Assembly (NCBI GenBank): GCA_964106645.2 | Contig: OZ067042.1 | Direction: 5' to 3' (one strand) | DNA: 64,000 nt | DNA from: Podarcis pityusensis | Taxonomy: Eukaryota | Part shown: piece after piece, positions 23,812-35,972 of the stretch | Numbering within the stretch: the first letter of the stretch is position 1 | Layout of the letters: each line of letters opens with the position of its first letter | Program-made: the position numbers and the translations under genes | Notes under the pieces: generated by a model | The model's database searches: none | Told to the model about the DNA's origin: nothing | Seen by the model: only the letters and a program-made list of their open reading frames with translations

Positions 23812-26230
23812 CCCTAGGCCAATTTTGGCACCCAGAAACCCATAAATAGCCATTATACTAATTTTGGGAGCAATGTGCTATGAATGTTTGGCTTTCTGTT
23901 TTATTGCATAAATTCTGATTGCAATTTATCAAGGAAAGTCTTATAAATTCCTGAAATACTAATATTAAAATAATAAGACAATGTAGTTGAGCTAAAAATG
24001 AAAATGTGAAAGAATAGACCTAACCAGATAAATAACGCCATTCATAACAACAGAATAGTTGAGCAAAGTATAGCTTTAGAACAGGCCTGAAGGTCACTGC
24101 ACACAAGGAGGGTCCCATCTACCATTCCCATTCTAGAAATTCCACACACATTAGTTCCAAATAGCTAAAATGTTGTATTTTGACATTCTTTGCTGTTGAC
24201 TTTCATGTAGGCAATTATTCCCCAGCACCGTCTTGTGCTTTAATTAGCATTTTGATATTTGTAAGCAAACCATTCTGATATTTAAAAGCAAACAAGCTAT
24301 TTTGATATTTATATGCAAACTATTTCTGTAGGATGGAAAAATTCTTAGGCAATACTTGCACCTCAGTAGTTGCTTCAGAAAAACTACAGAGTTGACAGAG
24401 TTTTGAAAACAGCTTGATGTCTTTGAATCCAGCAGCTTTCTTATGGAGCTAATATCACCATTAGCTCTACTATTATTACTGTTAATTAAGTCCTGTTGGT
24501 TTTGGTATTCCCTTATCACTGGTAATCATGGAAAAACTCTTAGCATATACAGTTTGTTATCTCTGCTATTAAATGATTTAGTACTTGGGCACCATTCCTT
24601 GCTGGAATTCAGTGCCGTTCAAATGCATACAGGAACTAAATTGACATACTACAGGGGCATATGTATTCATTGAATTGGCAATCTGGATACTCACCAAATC
24701 AGTAGTAGGTGAGTGTTTGATGAGCAAGTTAAGAATACCTTCTACCAATAACATACTAATGGTATTGGACCCACAATGCATTCTGAGAAATAAGTTATAA
24801 ATTTTCATAATCTCATAAATGATGGGAGTCTTAATATGTGTGGTGTATTGAGGTAGGGGAGAGAGAAAGGTCAAGACAAATGGCAATTTTAGGACTTTTC
24901 TGGGACATGGAAGGCATTTTTATTTAACCTCCCTCAACCTTCACACTATAGTTATTAAAACCAAATCAATGATTGCACAAAGATAGCTTAATAGAAGCCC
25001 TCTGTATTCCAGACAAAATGAGTTTAATAGCATCCAATTAAGATAGTTTTCCTAAGGATGTATTCGCAAAAGATGTTAAAGACAAAGTACTGTCATAACA
25101 GCAAGAAGCCAGGAGTTAATTGCTGAATACATGAAGCCAGCAAGCCTCCAAAGAGAATGCAAGCTATTACAGGAAAATAAAAACAAAATGCCAGAGCTAG
25201 TTTTAAGGATGTAATTGTGAAAATCACTGTCTGAAAAACAAGCTAATAACAGCCACAGTTTCTGCAACACTGGCTAGATTGGCTGATATTTAGGTTATAG
25301 GAGAATGAAGACATTGTGTTGTTTTTTTTAACAAAAGCAGATGATAAGCCCAGAGAATTTGAAGTGGTGAGAAGATAAGACATGGAGGAGACAGAAGACT
25401 TCACCCTAAATAGACCTTGATTATAAGAAATGCAGTTGAAAGCCATAGCCAATTCTGAAGCATTTCAGTAACAAATCATATTTTTCCTCCATAATGCTCT
25501 CAGTTCATTCACAAAGCGATAAAGACCTTGATTATCCAAACTTGGATGAATTTAAAGTGAAACTTGACTATTTTTGCCTCCTAAATCAAAATGGTGAGAA
25601 ATAAGCTAGCAATCTTGTCATCACCCTAAATCTGTCATTTATAATAAATTTGTCTGAAATACTGAAAATGATTCATGGAGATATGATGTATTTGTAGGAA
25701 ACTAAGCTGGGGAATGCTATGGTTAAAGTCCCACATGCACACAGACACACACTGTCATAATTACAGAGAATCTAGAATGTTATTTATGCCTTGACTGTAG
25801 TAATTCACTCAAGACAAATGGATTCTTACAGCTCTCTAACTGAAGTAAACAAGACTTGTACTGGGAGAGCAGTTTCAAGACTGAAGCCATGAAGTGCATA
25901 TATTTGCTTCTAAAACCTCTTGAGCACTTTTATGGGATGCTAAATGACTTAGCTCTCACTCAGGACTAAAGCGCAGTCTCTGTTCCAGCATGCTCGCCTT
26001 ACAGTTAGAGGAAGAGCCATCTCCTTGTGCAATGTACTATAATTGATCTTCTTCAGTGTTTTAAGCAGAGCTGAGCTGAAACAGATTAACTTTGTAGGTC
26101 TCTTGGCAGTCAATAAAAAAAAGAGGGCTTGCTTTCAATGTTTGGGGAGGGCTGTGAACAGAGAAGTATTTCCCATCTTACCCATAGTAATTCAAGTGCA
26201 GGATGCTGGGGGAGTGTCTCCATTGTTTGC

Positions 26231-26231
<1 letters not shown>

Positions 26232-26269
<38 letters not shown>
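26232..26269. repeat. (GT)n microsatellite
   Basis: Direct reading. Confidence 0.97.
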
Positions 26270-26270
<1 letters not shown>

Positions 26271-26381
26271 GGCAGCCGCCTAGGAGGATGTAGCAAAGTA
26301 GTCACAATAGCAGCTACATTTGTCTTCCTACAGCTTTGTCTGGGGAGGTGGGTAACCACCCTGGTGACAGTGGCTCCCACT

Positions 26382-26589
26382 GTTGTTGTTGTTTAGTCGT
26401 TTAGTCGTGTCCGACTCTTCGTGACCCCATGGACCAGAGCACGCCAGGCACTTCTGTCCTCCACTGCCTCCTGCAGTTTGGTCAAGCCCATGCTAGTAGC
26501 TTCGAGAACACCATCCAACCATCTCGTCCTCTGTCGTCCCCTTCTCCTTGTGCTCTCCATCTTTCCCAACATCAGGGTCTTTTCCAGGG
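26382..26589 (-). mobile_element. RTE-BovB LINE, 5'-truncated 3' end
   Basis: Encodes SLEKTLMLGKMESTRRRGRQRTRWLDGVLEATSMGLTKLQEAVEDRSAWRALVHGVTKSRTRLND*, the characteristic BovB ORF C-terminus, followed by a (CAA)n tail. TSD AGTGGCTCCCACT (26369-26381) / AGTGGCTGCCACT (26590-26602). Confidence 0.93.
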
Positions 26590-28934
26590 AGTGGCTGCCA
26601 CTACAGCAGTCATATTCTCCTTTCTTGCACACTTGATATGCATCCAGGGCACGCATGGTCTCATTCTTTCTCCCCACCATCCTTACTTGCAGAGTGATGG
26701 TAAGGTGATGTGAAAATATTGTTCTCCCTCTAACATGGCAACATTTGCCCTCAGTGACATTGTCACAGTGCCACTTCTGAATTGCTATTTGACATTGTGA
26801 AATCATCACATTCACAATGCCAGATCTCACACAACTGGCTGTAATAAGTCTGCATGGGAGAAGCCCCCCTGGTGGTGGTGGAGAAGGCATTAATGGAGCT
26901 GCCTGGAGCAGCAAGTTAACAGCAGAGTAGCAGACGTTCGGGGATGGAAAAGGAATGTTTTTGAGATGTCCCCACCCCACCCCACAAACCCCTTTCTTGC
27001 ACCAATAATGTCCACCTGAGAACATTTATTTTGGCTCTCATTACGATTCTGCCACATATTTTGTGTAATTTTCACTTAAATTTCTTTGTGCTTCATTCAG
27101 ATATTGAGGACATGGAAATAAAGTATCCATATAGGAATGGCTGTGAAGCAAACCTCAAGTCATTTATAATTTAGGAATATTATATTAAAGCTGTGTGGGA
27201 ATAAAAAAGAGGATAAAATCATCTGTAACACAGCTTTGTGCACCATGTTATTTGTTACATATACAGGTGCCTGCCTAGCCTAGGTACAAAGGTGTGAGTT
27301 GAGGGGGAAAGAAAATAATTCTTTTTTATTGTTTATTGTTGATGAATTTTTGGATCAATATCACAAAGTCCAAGATACTCTGATTGGTTTTTGTTAAAAG
27401 AACTGCAAGCAAATCCATTATCCTTTCTCTAGACAAATGATTCCCATCAAATATCCTCATCTTTTTGCCTACAATGAAGAAAGTGCAGATTAGTCGTCAT
27501 ATGAGAAAATGATGAAAAAGAAGTGTGAATAACAGATTGTGTCTGGGACTTTGAAGAGAATCCTAATGCAGTTTGTTAGAACTGCAATATCCAAAAGAAG
27601 ACAAAAGGAGGCTGGCTGAGACAATAGTTTTATATTTGTGTGAGTGTTCCCAGCTGTTCCCAGGTGTGCACTCAGGCAAGTAAATGTGTCATGTGAGAAG
27701 AAAGATCACAGTTATTGAATGCCTGGGGATGACTCGGTAGCGGCTGCGTGATTTTCATCTGAGTGGCCCTTGGAGAGGCATGTTGTAATTGATGCATTCG
27801 GTGTTTCTCATGGTGATGGGGCAGGTGCTGCAAGAAATGCCACGCCTTGCAAAGGATATTACAGAGCTGTTTGGGGGGAGAGAGATAACTGATATATATA
27901 TATAATGCCTGATGTGGAGAAACCAGAGGGGGAAAGTTTTCTCCCTCATAAAAAATTTTGACCTCAGGCTCCATCCTATGAAACTGATTGGCAGGAGATT
28001 CATGTCTCCTGCCTTTCAGGAGGTCCCAGCTTCCTACATCAGCAAGATGATTTGTTTCTTCTACATGGTGCATCTTGTCCTTTGAGTTCCTCTGCTGAGC
28101 TTGAGGTACACACATACAGTACTGGAAGTGCCTAAAGCTCAGCACAGAAACAAAGGAGGGCTAATCGGAGACAATGAGAGACAAATTGAAATGAAAGCCA
28201 AAGAAACCAACCTGAATGGGAACTAATGCAGACATACTTTAAAGGTAATGGAAAAACAAAGCACACCAGGATTGCCAGAGCTCAGGCATATCATGGATGC
28301 AATATACATGCCTCACAATTTATCATTTTTGTTAGGATAGTGACCTCACATGAATACAATCAGATTTTTAAATAAATTCTGGCTGTACATCGTCTCACTC
28401 CCAATTGCCCTTTGACATTTTTCTGTTAAGTTGGAAAGCTAGACTAGTATGAACTGAGGTAAAAATGCTCTCTCGCCGGTTTTTATACATTCCTATTTGC
28501 AATGCTCAGTTTTTGCCCATATGTTCTCCTACACCTTTCTCTCTACAAGGCGTTAATGGGCACTTCAGCTGATGATACATCTTGTTATGAAATGCCAGTT
28601 CACATAGTAATATTCTGTGTGTTGACAAACCTTCTGATCTTCCAAGTCCAAGGTAGAAGACTAACAAAGGAAACAAAGTTTGCTCTGCTCTTTACATGCT
28701 GTGAACACCCTTTACTTCTGCACTAACCATTGTCTATATGAGGTTCACATTGCCACCTCCTCTCGCTGGCAGAAATTAGCCTTCATGCTGCTAGGTTCTT
28801 TTTCTAAGTGCCCTGTTGCAGGGTATTTTGCTTACTATGCTTCAAGTTACTTAGTTTCCTACAGGGAAAGTAGAAGCTGGAAGCAGCAGGAAGTACAAAG
28901 AGGGAGTTTGCAGGTAGGGTAACATATTTTGGAT

Positions 28935-29293
28935 GGGACGCGGGTGGCGCTGTGGGTTTAACCACAGAGCCTAGGACTTACCAATCAGAAGGTCGGCAGT
29001 TCGAATCCCCGCGACGGGGTGAGCTCCCATTGCTCGGTCCCTGCTCCTGCCAACCTAGCAGTTTGAAAGCACGTCAAAGTGCACGTAGATAAATAGGTAC
29101 TGCTCCGGCGGGAAGGTAAACGGCGTTTCCATGCTCTCCTCTGGTTTGCCAGAAACAGCTTAGTCAGGCTGGCCACATGACCCAGAAGCTGTATGCTGGC
29201 TCCCTCGGCCAATAAAGCGAGATGAGCGCCGCAACCCCAGAGTCGGCCACGACTGGACTTAATGGTCAGGGGTCCCTTTACCTTTACCTTTAC
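28935..29293 (+). mobile_element. Sauria (Squam1) SINE, full length, young, with 11-bp TSD
   Basis: GGGACGCGGGTGGCGCTGTGG head, GTTCGAATCC B-box, (ACCTTT)n tail, many CpGs retained. Perfect TSD CATATTTTGGA at 28923-28933 and 29294-29304. Confidence 0.97.
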
Positions 29294-32200
29294 CATATTT
29301 TGGAGGGAGTGCTTCATTTCAGCCTTGAATTTAATTCCACTTCCAGCTGATTGCAAAAGAGCAACACAAAAAGGGCTGTTCTGAGGAAGCAACCTTGAGA
29401 TGGGGATGCAAAGAGTGCTAGCTGTTTGTGGCATGTATAATTCGAAGCACAGCTGGTGCATATAGTTTGAGACACCTAGATATGTTAATGGAGGGGCAGT
29501 GACTGAAGTGCTATTGCTAAAGCCACCTTGAAATAGCAGCATAAAGTTTAGTTATTGAGCTCTTTTTCATATATACATATATATTTTTATGGAAGCCATT
29601 TGAAATATGCCTTTGGCAAAACCCTGTCAGGATTTGCTTCCTTCTTAGAGGTTGGTTGTTTTTGCCATATCCTTTATCCTACATTTAGACAAATATCCTC
29701 AAGTTTTTGCCCACAATAAAGGTTACTAAAATCTATTTTCAAACTTTTATTCATTTATTACTGATGCCCAATACTATGTCAGCCTAGGTTTTAGCAGCAG
29801 CTTATGAATGGAAGAAGAAAATTAAAAGGTAATCATTTAGAGGGGTGGAGGTGGGAAATCAGTAGTCATAAAACATTTTAAAAACCACTCAAAAACAAAT
29901 CGACCACAGTCTTTTAAAACCTGCTCGAACTCAGTGATTGAATGCTTTTACATATTTTAAAAACGAGCTGAACTCTTATGGCGCATTGCTTCCAATAATC
30001 AGCCCTCATAGGATACAATTGCCAATGGTTGTGAATGCTACTCAGAATCCAAGAGAATCACTGCCCTTTATCAAAGCAGGAAGACTGCTAGGCAGTGAGG
30101 TGGGCAGTAAACCAGCAGAATCCATAATCTGTCCTGATTACCCAGTGCCAGAAGCAAACATTCCTGACCCCCATTCAACTCGACAGAGAGCCCAAAAAGA
30201 TGGAATCTCTACAGCCTCGTCTGCTCTAATGCTGTACTGACCGAGTCCCCAGTGGACATAGCTGGGTGAGACCAACTCTGCCTTGCTCACTTCATCCACA
30301 TTTCAGAGAAATACAGACCAGAGGGATCTCCTCATTCACAGTCAGACCATGGTTGTGGGAGGTGGTATTCAAAGCCAATCTGGCATTCAACAGACCCAAG
30401 GGCTGGCTGACAGGATAACCACAATACCCAAAGTTGGAGCAGGAGCTGGTGCACTAACTGTGCTATGTGCCCCTTTCCCAGCCTGCCTCACCCCCACACC
30501 ATACCCAGCTTTATCCAGAACCACCGTGATTGGGGTCCCCCCTGCTCCTCTCTTCCCAGGCATATCTTACCTCTAATAATTAAAACAAAAACCCAAACTA
30601 TAAAACACACGTTAAAAAGCAATTTAAAGAATTTAAAACAATTAGGGCAGGGCCATCCCCAGAGAAACTTTTTGATGAGAACAGAGATGTAAACGCTTCT
30701 TTTTGTAGCAATTATATGTAAGGCAAAGGCAAAAGACTTTCTACACAGGTCTTTGTATTTAGTCCCATTGATCATGAAAGCTGCTGATGAGCAGGATGGG
30801 GTCAACAGATTCTAGCCTATTGCATTGAGTTGGACATGGTCCATCAGTGTCTCTGATCCTCTTTAATAAGTTGGTTCTATGCAAGGGCACTATCAAATTG
30901 CAAAATAAATCAATTGTTCAAAAAATGTCATACAGAGGAAAGAACTTTTACCATTATAAGTTAGCAAAGAGAGTAAGCAGTGCATAACACCCTGGGATAT
31001 ACAGCAGGTATTTTGCTTTTGAGGATTAAATGGTAGAATGCATTCGCTAAAGGGAGTTTGTAAATTATTCAGATAATCTGTACCTGTGGGATAAATGCTG
31101 TTCTTTAAAACTAGGATACAGCTATGTAATCAGATAACTTAGGTCCATCAATACTGAGCTAAGAAATTCTGTAATTTCCCACCCCCTGCATTTATTAAAA
31201 ATCTGGAGTTTTATTCAAATACTATCTCCTTGACGTTATGCTTCAGTGAAGTATTTGGTTATCTCTGATTTTTCCACTGATCAAGAAAAAAGAAAAAGAG
31301 AGAAAGGCCTAGTGATATGTGAAGAAATTGCAATAAAAGACACAGTATCATGCATCTTCTTACCATAAATAATTATTTTTTCATGATGGTGGATGGTTTC
31401 CTAATAATGAAAATTCTCATTAAGTTTTCCCATTTTCAAATTTTATATAAAAGCTTGCATTAAATCATAAATCCTCCCTGCTCTGTCAGTTCAAGTGAAC
31501 AATCTGCAAACCTTGTCAAGCATAAGCATGCACATTGTTAGGCCTTGCATTTTTGTATTTGGATTAACAGATCTGGATATTTAGATGGTTCAGTACTTTT
31601 AGCACTTTAGGTTCTGTGCAGGGTGGAATTTTGATCATACTGGTGCTCTATTAGAAATTCCTACTGGATATTCTACTAGAAATTTACTGAATATTAGCTC
31701 TGCTTCATATATTTAAATCTCCGCCAGTGGATCATCTCCGTCATAAAGGAAGTAATGTATGGCCTGCAACATCCCAATCTCAGTTGTACTTTTTGAGGGA
31801 GAAAAATGGTGGGGGCAGGGCTTTCATAAGATTAGTCATTGACTTGGACATCCTGGCTCATCAGCTTCTACATGTACTTGTGGCAACTGCAAGACTGTGT
31901 AGTGGATGATTTTCAAAATACAGATATTCCAAAACTCCATAATTATATCAGAGAAAGTTTGCATGCATAACAAAGCAGCCATTTTATTTGCTGTTTCACA
32001 TTTTGAAGTCATTGTTCTAACACATTGCAATAATAGAAAACAACACACATGACAATTAAACAGCTCTTACTCCTCCGGTTGATGGATGGAGGCAGCGTGC
32101 AGTTCCCTTTAGCCAATGCTGTTGGATCTGAGTGGTCTTTCCAGCAGGGTGTGGGATAACCACCCTACAGCCGCTCCTTCTCATACTGATAGTTAGAGCC

Positions 32201-33140
32201 AGGCAGGAGTTCCATTTTGAAGTGGATCATATACAACAATAGAAAGAGATCAGGGTTGCTTTTGTACTGAGTTTTGTTTGGTAATTCCATCTGTTGTCCA
32301 TCTATTTATTTTTAGAGAAAATTTACCAATTTCTGACCTATTGCATACCAGTTTTTCCTCTGCTGTCCAATTCTCTTTTATCACACAATGTGTTTGTTAA
32401 AATGGCAAAGTGTTGTTAAGTCTTTTCTGGGCTACAGTGCCTTTAATTAGAAGTTTCTTACTTGTATCTTCTGACCCTGGTTTTCTATCCAGCACAACTA
32501 ATGAACTGTCCATTAATTGCCCCATAATAGATAAATTCCTGCTCCCTCAAGAATTAATTTAATTAATGGCTTCCTTTCATTCTTTTAGTGTGAAACAGTT
32601 GTACTCTGTATTAAAAAGATTAATAAATCATGATAGAAATCTAATTAAAGATCAGGAAATGACTAGTTAAGCAAAATTAAACCACAGTTCATCAGTGATG
32701 CACTGCTGTACTAACCAAGGAACAATAAGAAATAATATAATTAAAACTGTAGGGGTTATTTGATCATTTGGACTTCTGAGTAAATATAGAACTATCTTGG
32801 CCATGGGACAGGCATTGCTGGATAATATAGCACTATATTAGATATCATCTGGCACCCCTATTTTAACATCTGCTTTCAACCAATTATAGAAAATCAAAGG
32901 AAGATTTGGAAACCCAAATCTTCTAGAGATGCCATAGTAATGTCCACTGTATTGTACTTTCACGGATGATACAATTATTATAGTCCCATTTTATTCAATT
33001 TACTTTCTCTTATAGGGTTGGGGTATTATTTGTTCATTCATAAGCTTTTTATACCATCCTTTATTCTGTTTAGAATTTCAGGTCACTGCACAGTTCATTA
33101 CATCACAACATAAACACAAACTACAGATAAAACATTAGTA

Positions 33141-33583
33141 CCATATTTTTTGCTCTAGAAGACGCACCCGACCATAAGACACACCTAGTTTTAGAGGAAG
33201 AGAACAAGAAAAGAAATATTCTCTCCCTCTCTGCGCAGCGCCCTTCAGCGAAGTGCCAGGAGAAACGGAGCCCCTTCCATTTCTCCTCCCGCTTCGCTGA
33301 AGGGGTGCTGCACAGAGAGGGAAAACTGCGCAGTGCCTCTCCAGCGAAGCAAAGCCAGGAGAGCAAGAGGGGTCGGTGCACACCGACCCCTCTTGCTCTC
33401 CTGGCTTCAGGGATAGCCGCCCAAAACCTCCAGAGCGCAGCGGGAGCGCTCTCGCTGCGCTCCGGAGGCTTTGTGTTGCTTTCGCTGAAGCCATGGAGCC
33501 TGCATTCGCTCCATAAGACGCACACACATTTCCCCTTACTTTTTAGGAGGGGGAAAGTGCGTCTTATAGAGCGAAAAATACGG
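33141..33583. mobile_element. Non-autonomous Tc2/pogo-like element, 443 bp, same termini as 17637-18673 but opposite orientation
   Basis: TA TSDs at 33139-33140 and 33584-33585. Right end GTGCGTCTTATAGAGCGAAAAATACGG. About 80 bp of the right end is the reverse complement of 17637-17718. Confidence 0.9.
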
Positions 33584-35520
33584 TAATAAAAATGTGCACA
33601 AGTTAAAATGCCTAGGTGAGCAAAAACATTTTGCTGGGCAAATCTCCACTGGAAAAGCATTTTATAGCTGGGGAGCTATGATGAGAAAGACATTTACTTT
33701 GCTTTTACCTACCATACCTGAAGAAGGTACCATTTTCAAGTTGCAATCAAACTTCCCATTCTGAAGATCAGGAATGAAAAGGGGACTCATCGATTCCACC
33801 TGGTTTTTCTAACCATTCCTGAGAACCAGAAAATCATGGGTTGCCGAATGAATCATCAAGTAATCAGACCCCCAATAAAAAAAGTCTTAGAAGATTTTCT
33901 TTTACAATAGACTTTGCTAACAGTGCATCCTAATCTATCTGGATGGTACTTCAAATGCATACACCTGTTGTGCTTTAACTGTAGAGCTGATCTGTCAGAT
34001 GTTGAGAGGGGGAAGGGGGGAGAGAGAAATTTTCCTGTTAGGTATACTGGCAGAATCTCTGTACTGTTAAAAACGAAAGAAAGAAAGCATCCGATCATGT
34101 ATCTGGATCCCAGTTTAAAGCACATTAGCTTTGGTGATCCAAAATATGAACGCCACACTTTATTCTTGACCTGACCTGTTACAAATTAAAGAGTGGGTTT
34201 GTGATTTTCTCCACAGTTGTGTGCCTTTGTTATAAACCCTGATTATGTTTTAATGCTTCCCTGCTGCTCACAGACCAGTGAGGCTGAAATGGAGAAAAAT
34301 GCATCTGATTGAAGCTACTGTACTACTTCTCGTTTCTTTTGTTCGGCACACAATTGGGACCAATTTTGTTTGCTATTAGTTTTGAACAGAAAGGTCATTT
34401 ATTCTTAAAGTAGCCTCCATGAAGAAAAATACTGCAAACATTATTTTCCTGCATGTGTCTCTGAGAAAAGTATGTGGGATTCTTTACAATGCCACCTCAG
34501 TATCTTATTGTATCAGCTGAAATGCTTAGCTAAGACTTAGAACTTGTGAAAAGGACTCAAATAATATTTATCTTTGAAGAAAAAGAGCATTTAAGAAATT
34601 CAGACTTCACAATAGCAGTCATGTGACACAATTTCTATAATTATTCGGTGCCGGAATGCAAAGTACTCACATCATTAACAAATTCTATCTTCCAACATAT
34701 TAAATAATTGTATTCAAGAAATGCAGCAAATTATGGCCTATTTCCTGGGGGAAATAACAGAAAATTGCTAGTTTTTCTGGGAATAGCCAAGCCTCAAGAA
34801 ATTTCCATTACTATAAGAAAATTAATATTTTATAAAGCTTTATGTACTTTTTATCCCTTTTCAGAGGAAAGTACTGGAATCTGCAGATGTAATTCACTGT
34901 TAAGGATAATATACTTTGAGTAAAACTACCATATGCATTTTTTTCTTAATGCATATATTTTCTTGCTTATGTATAGGGCTATATAGTGTAGATTTATTGG
35001 GAGGTTTATGTTCCAAATAAAAAATGAATTAGGCAAATAATGCTTTCACAACTGCTAGTAGCATATGTCTCAAGCCATTTTTTTGTATAACATAATATTA
35101 TCATTAAAAATAGATTGTGTTTGCATGAAGTATAATTATTTTGCATCCATGCTGAATGTATATTGGAACGCCTCATGTCTCCCAGTAGCTGGTGGAATTT
35201 TTTAGACAATTCAGTTACAGCGAAGTATCTTTGCTATACTATTGGGCCAAACTTTTGGCAGTTCCAAACTTCAGCCTGAATTTGGTGGGTGAGGGTGAAA
35301 GAAGGGGCAAAACTGATTCCCTTCTTTTTTATTTTCAGGAGGAATCTGGAAGGGTGAGACTTACTGGAGCTAAGCTCCAATTTGCTGAAGGCCACTATGC
35401 TTTCTCCAAATGCTTCATTCCAAAGGGTATTCTGAGAACAAAATGGCAGCTCCTGTTCACTTCTGCCCCCCATCCCTTCAGAATGGAACATTCTGGGGAG
35501 GAACATAGCAGCTTATAGAC

Positions 35521-35648
35521 CAGGGTTTCCCAAACTTGGGTCTCTAGCTGTTGTTAGACTACAAGTCCCATCATCCCTAACTAGCAGGACCAGTGGTTAG
35601 GGATGATGTCCCTAAAAACATTTGGAGACCCAAGTTTGGGAAACAGTT
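35521..35648. mobile_element. Short hAT MITE
   Basis: Inverted ends GTTTCCCAAACTTGGGTCTC / GAGACCCAAGTTTGGGAAAC and internal CATCATCCCTAAC...GTTAGGGATGATG. TSD not clearly preserved. Confidence 0.8.
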
Positions 35649-35779
35649 CATCTAGATAATCAAACTTCAGTGGTCCAGTAATACACTCCCTAAAATTTGC
35701 ATATCCTTATCTCTCAAAAGTACCAAAGGCTGCCCCAGTTACACAGCCTACAAAATGGGGGGATTCTGGCTCATCTATT

Positions 35780-35972
35780 GGGAACTTTATGAAATTATTT
35801 AAAGCCCTTGGGAGGAGGGAATATATAGAGTGAGTCCTTTAAAAGAGGCCCCATGGATACAGAGTGCACATGTTCCACGGGGCCTCTTTTAAAAGACTCA
35901 CACTGTATAACTGGATGTCATTCACATGCTTCTAAAGCAATACTAATGAAATTATCCCTACCCAAAGTTCCC
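35780..35972. repeat. Nested inverted repeat with 28-bp core arms (probable palindromic MITE)
   Basis: Core arms 35830-35857 and 35874-35901 (2 mismatches). Outer GGGAACTTT (35780-35788) / AAAGTTCCC (35964-35972). Confidence 0.7.

Noticed and set aside
26393-27025. Longest ORF in the track (210 aa, minus strand)
   Set aside because: Only the last ~65 residues are meaningful (BovB C-terminus). The rest is flanking DNA that is open by chance beyond the TSD.
28985-29542. 185-aa ORF
   Set aside because: Antisense read-through of a Sauria SINE plus flank.
33121-33660. 179-aa ORF sharing YRIFRSI..TF.LLKSKGKCVCVLWSEC with the ORF at 17629
   Set aside because: The shared peptide is just the translated MITE terminus, not a gene family.
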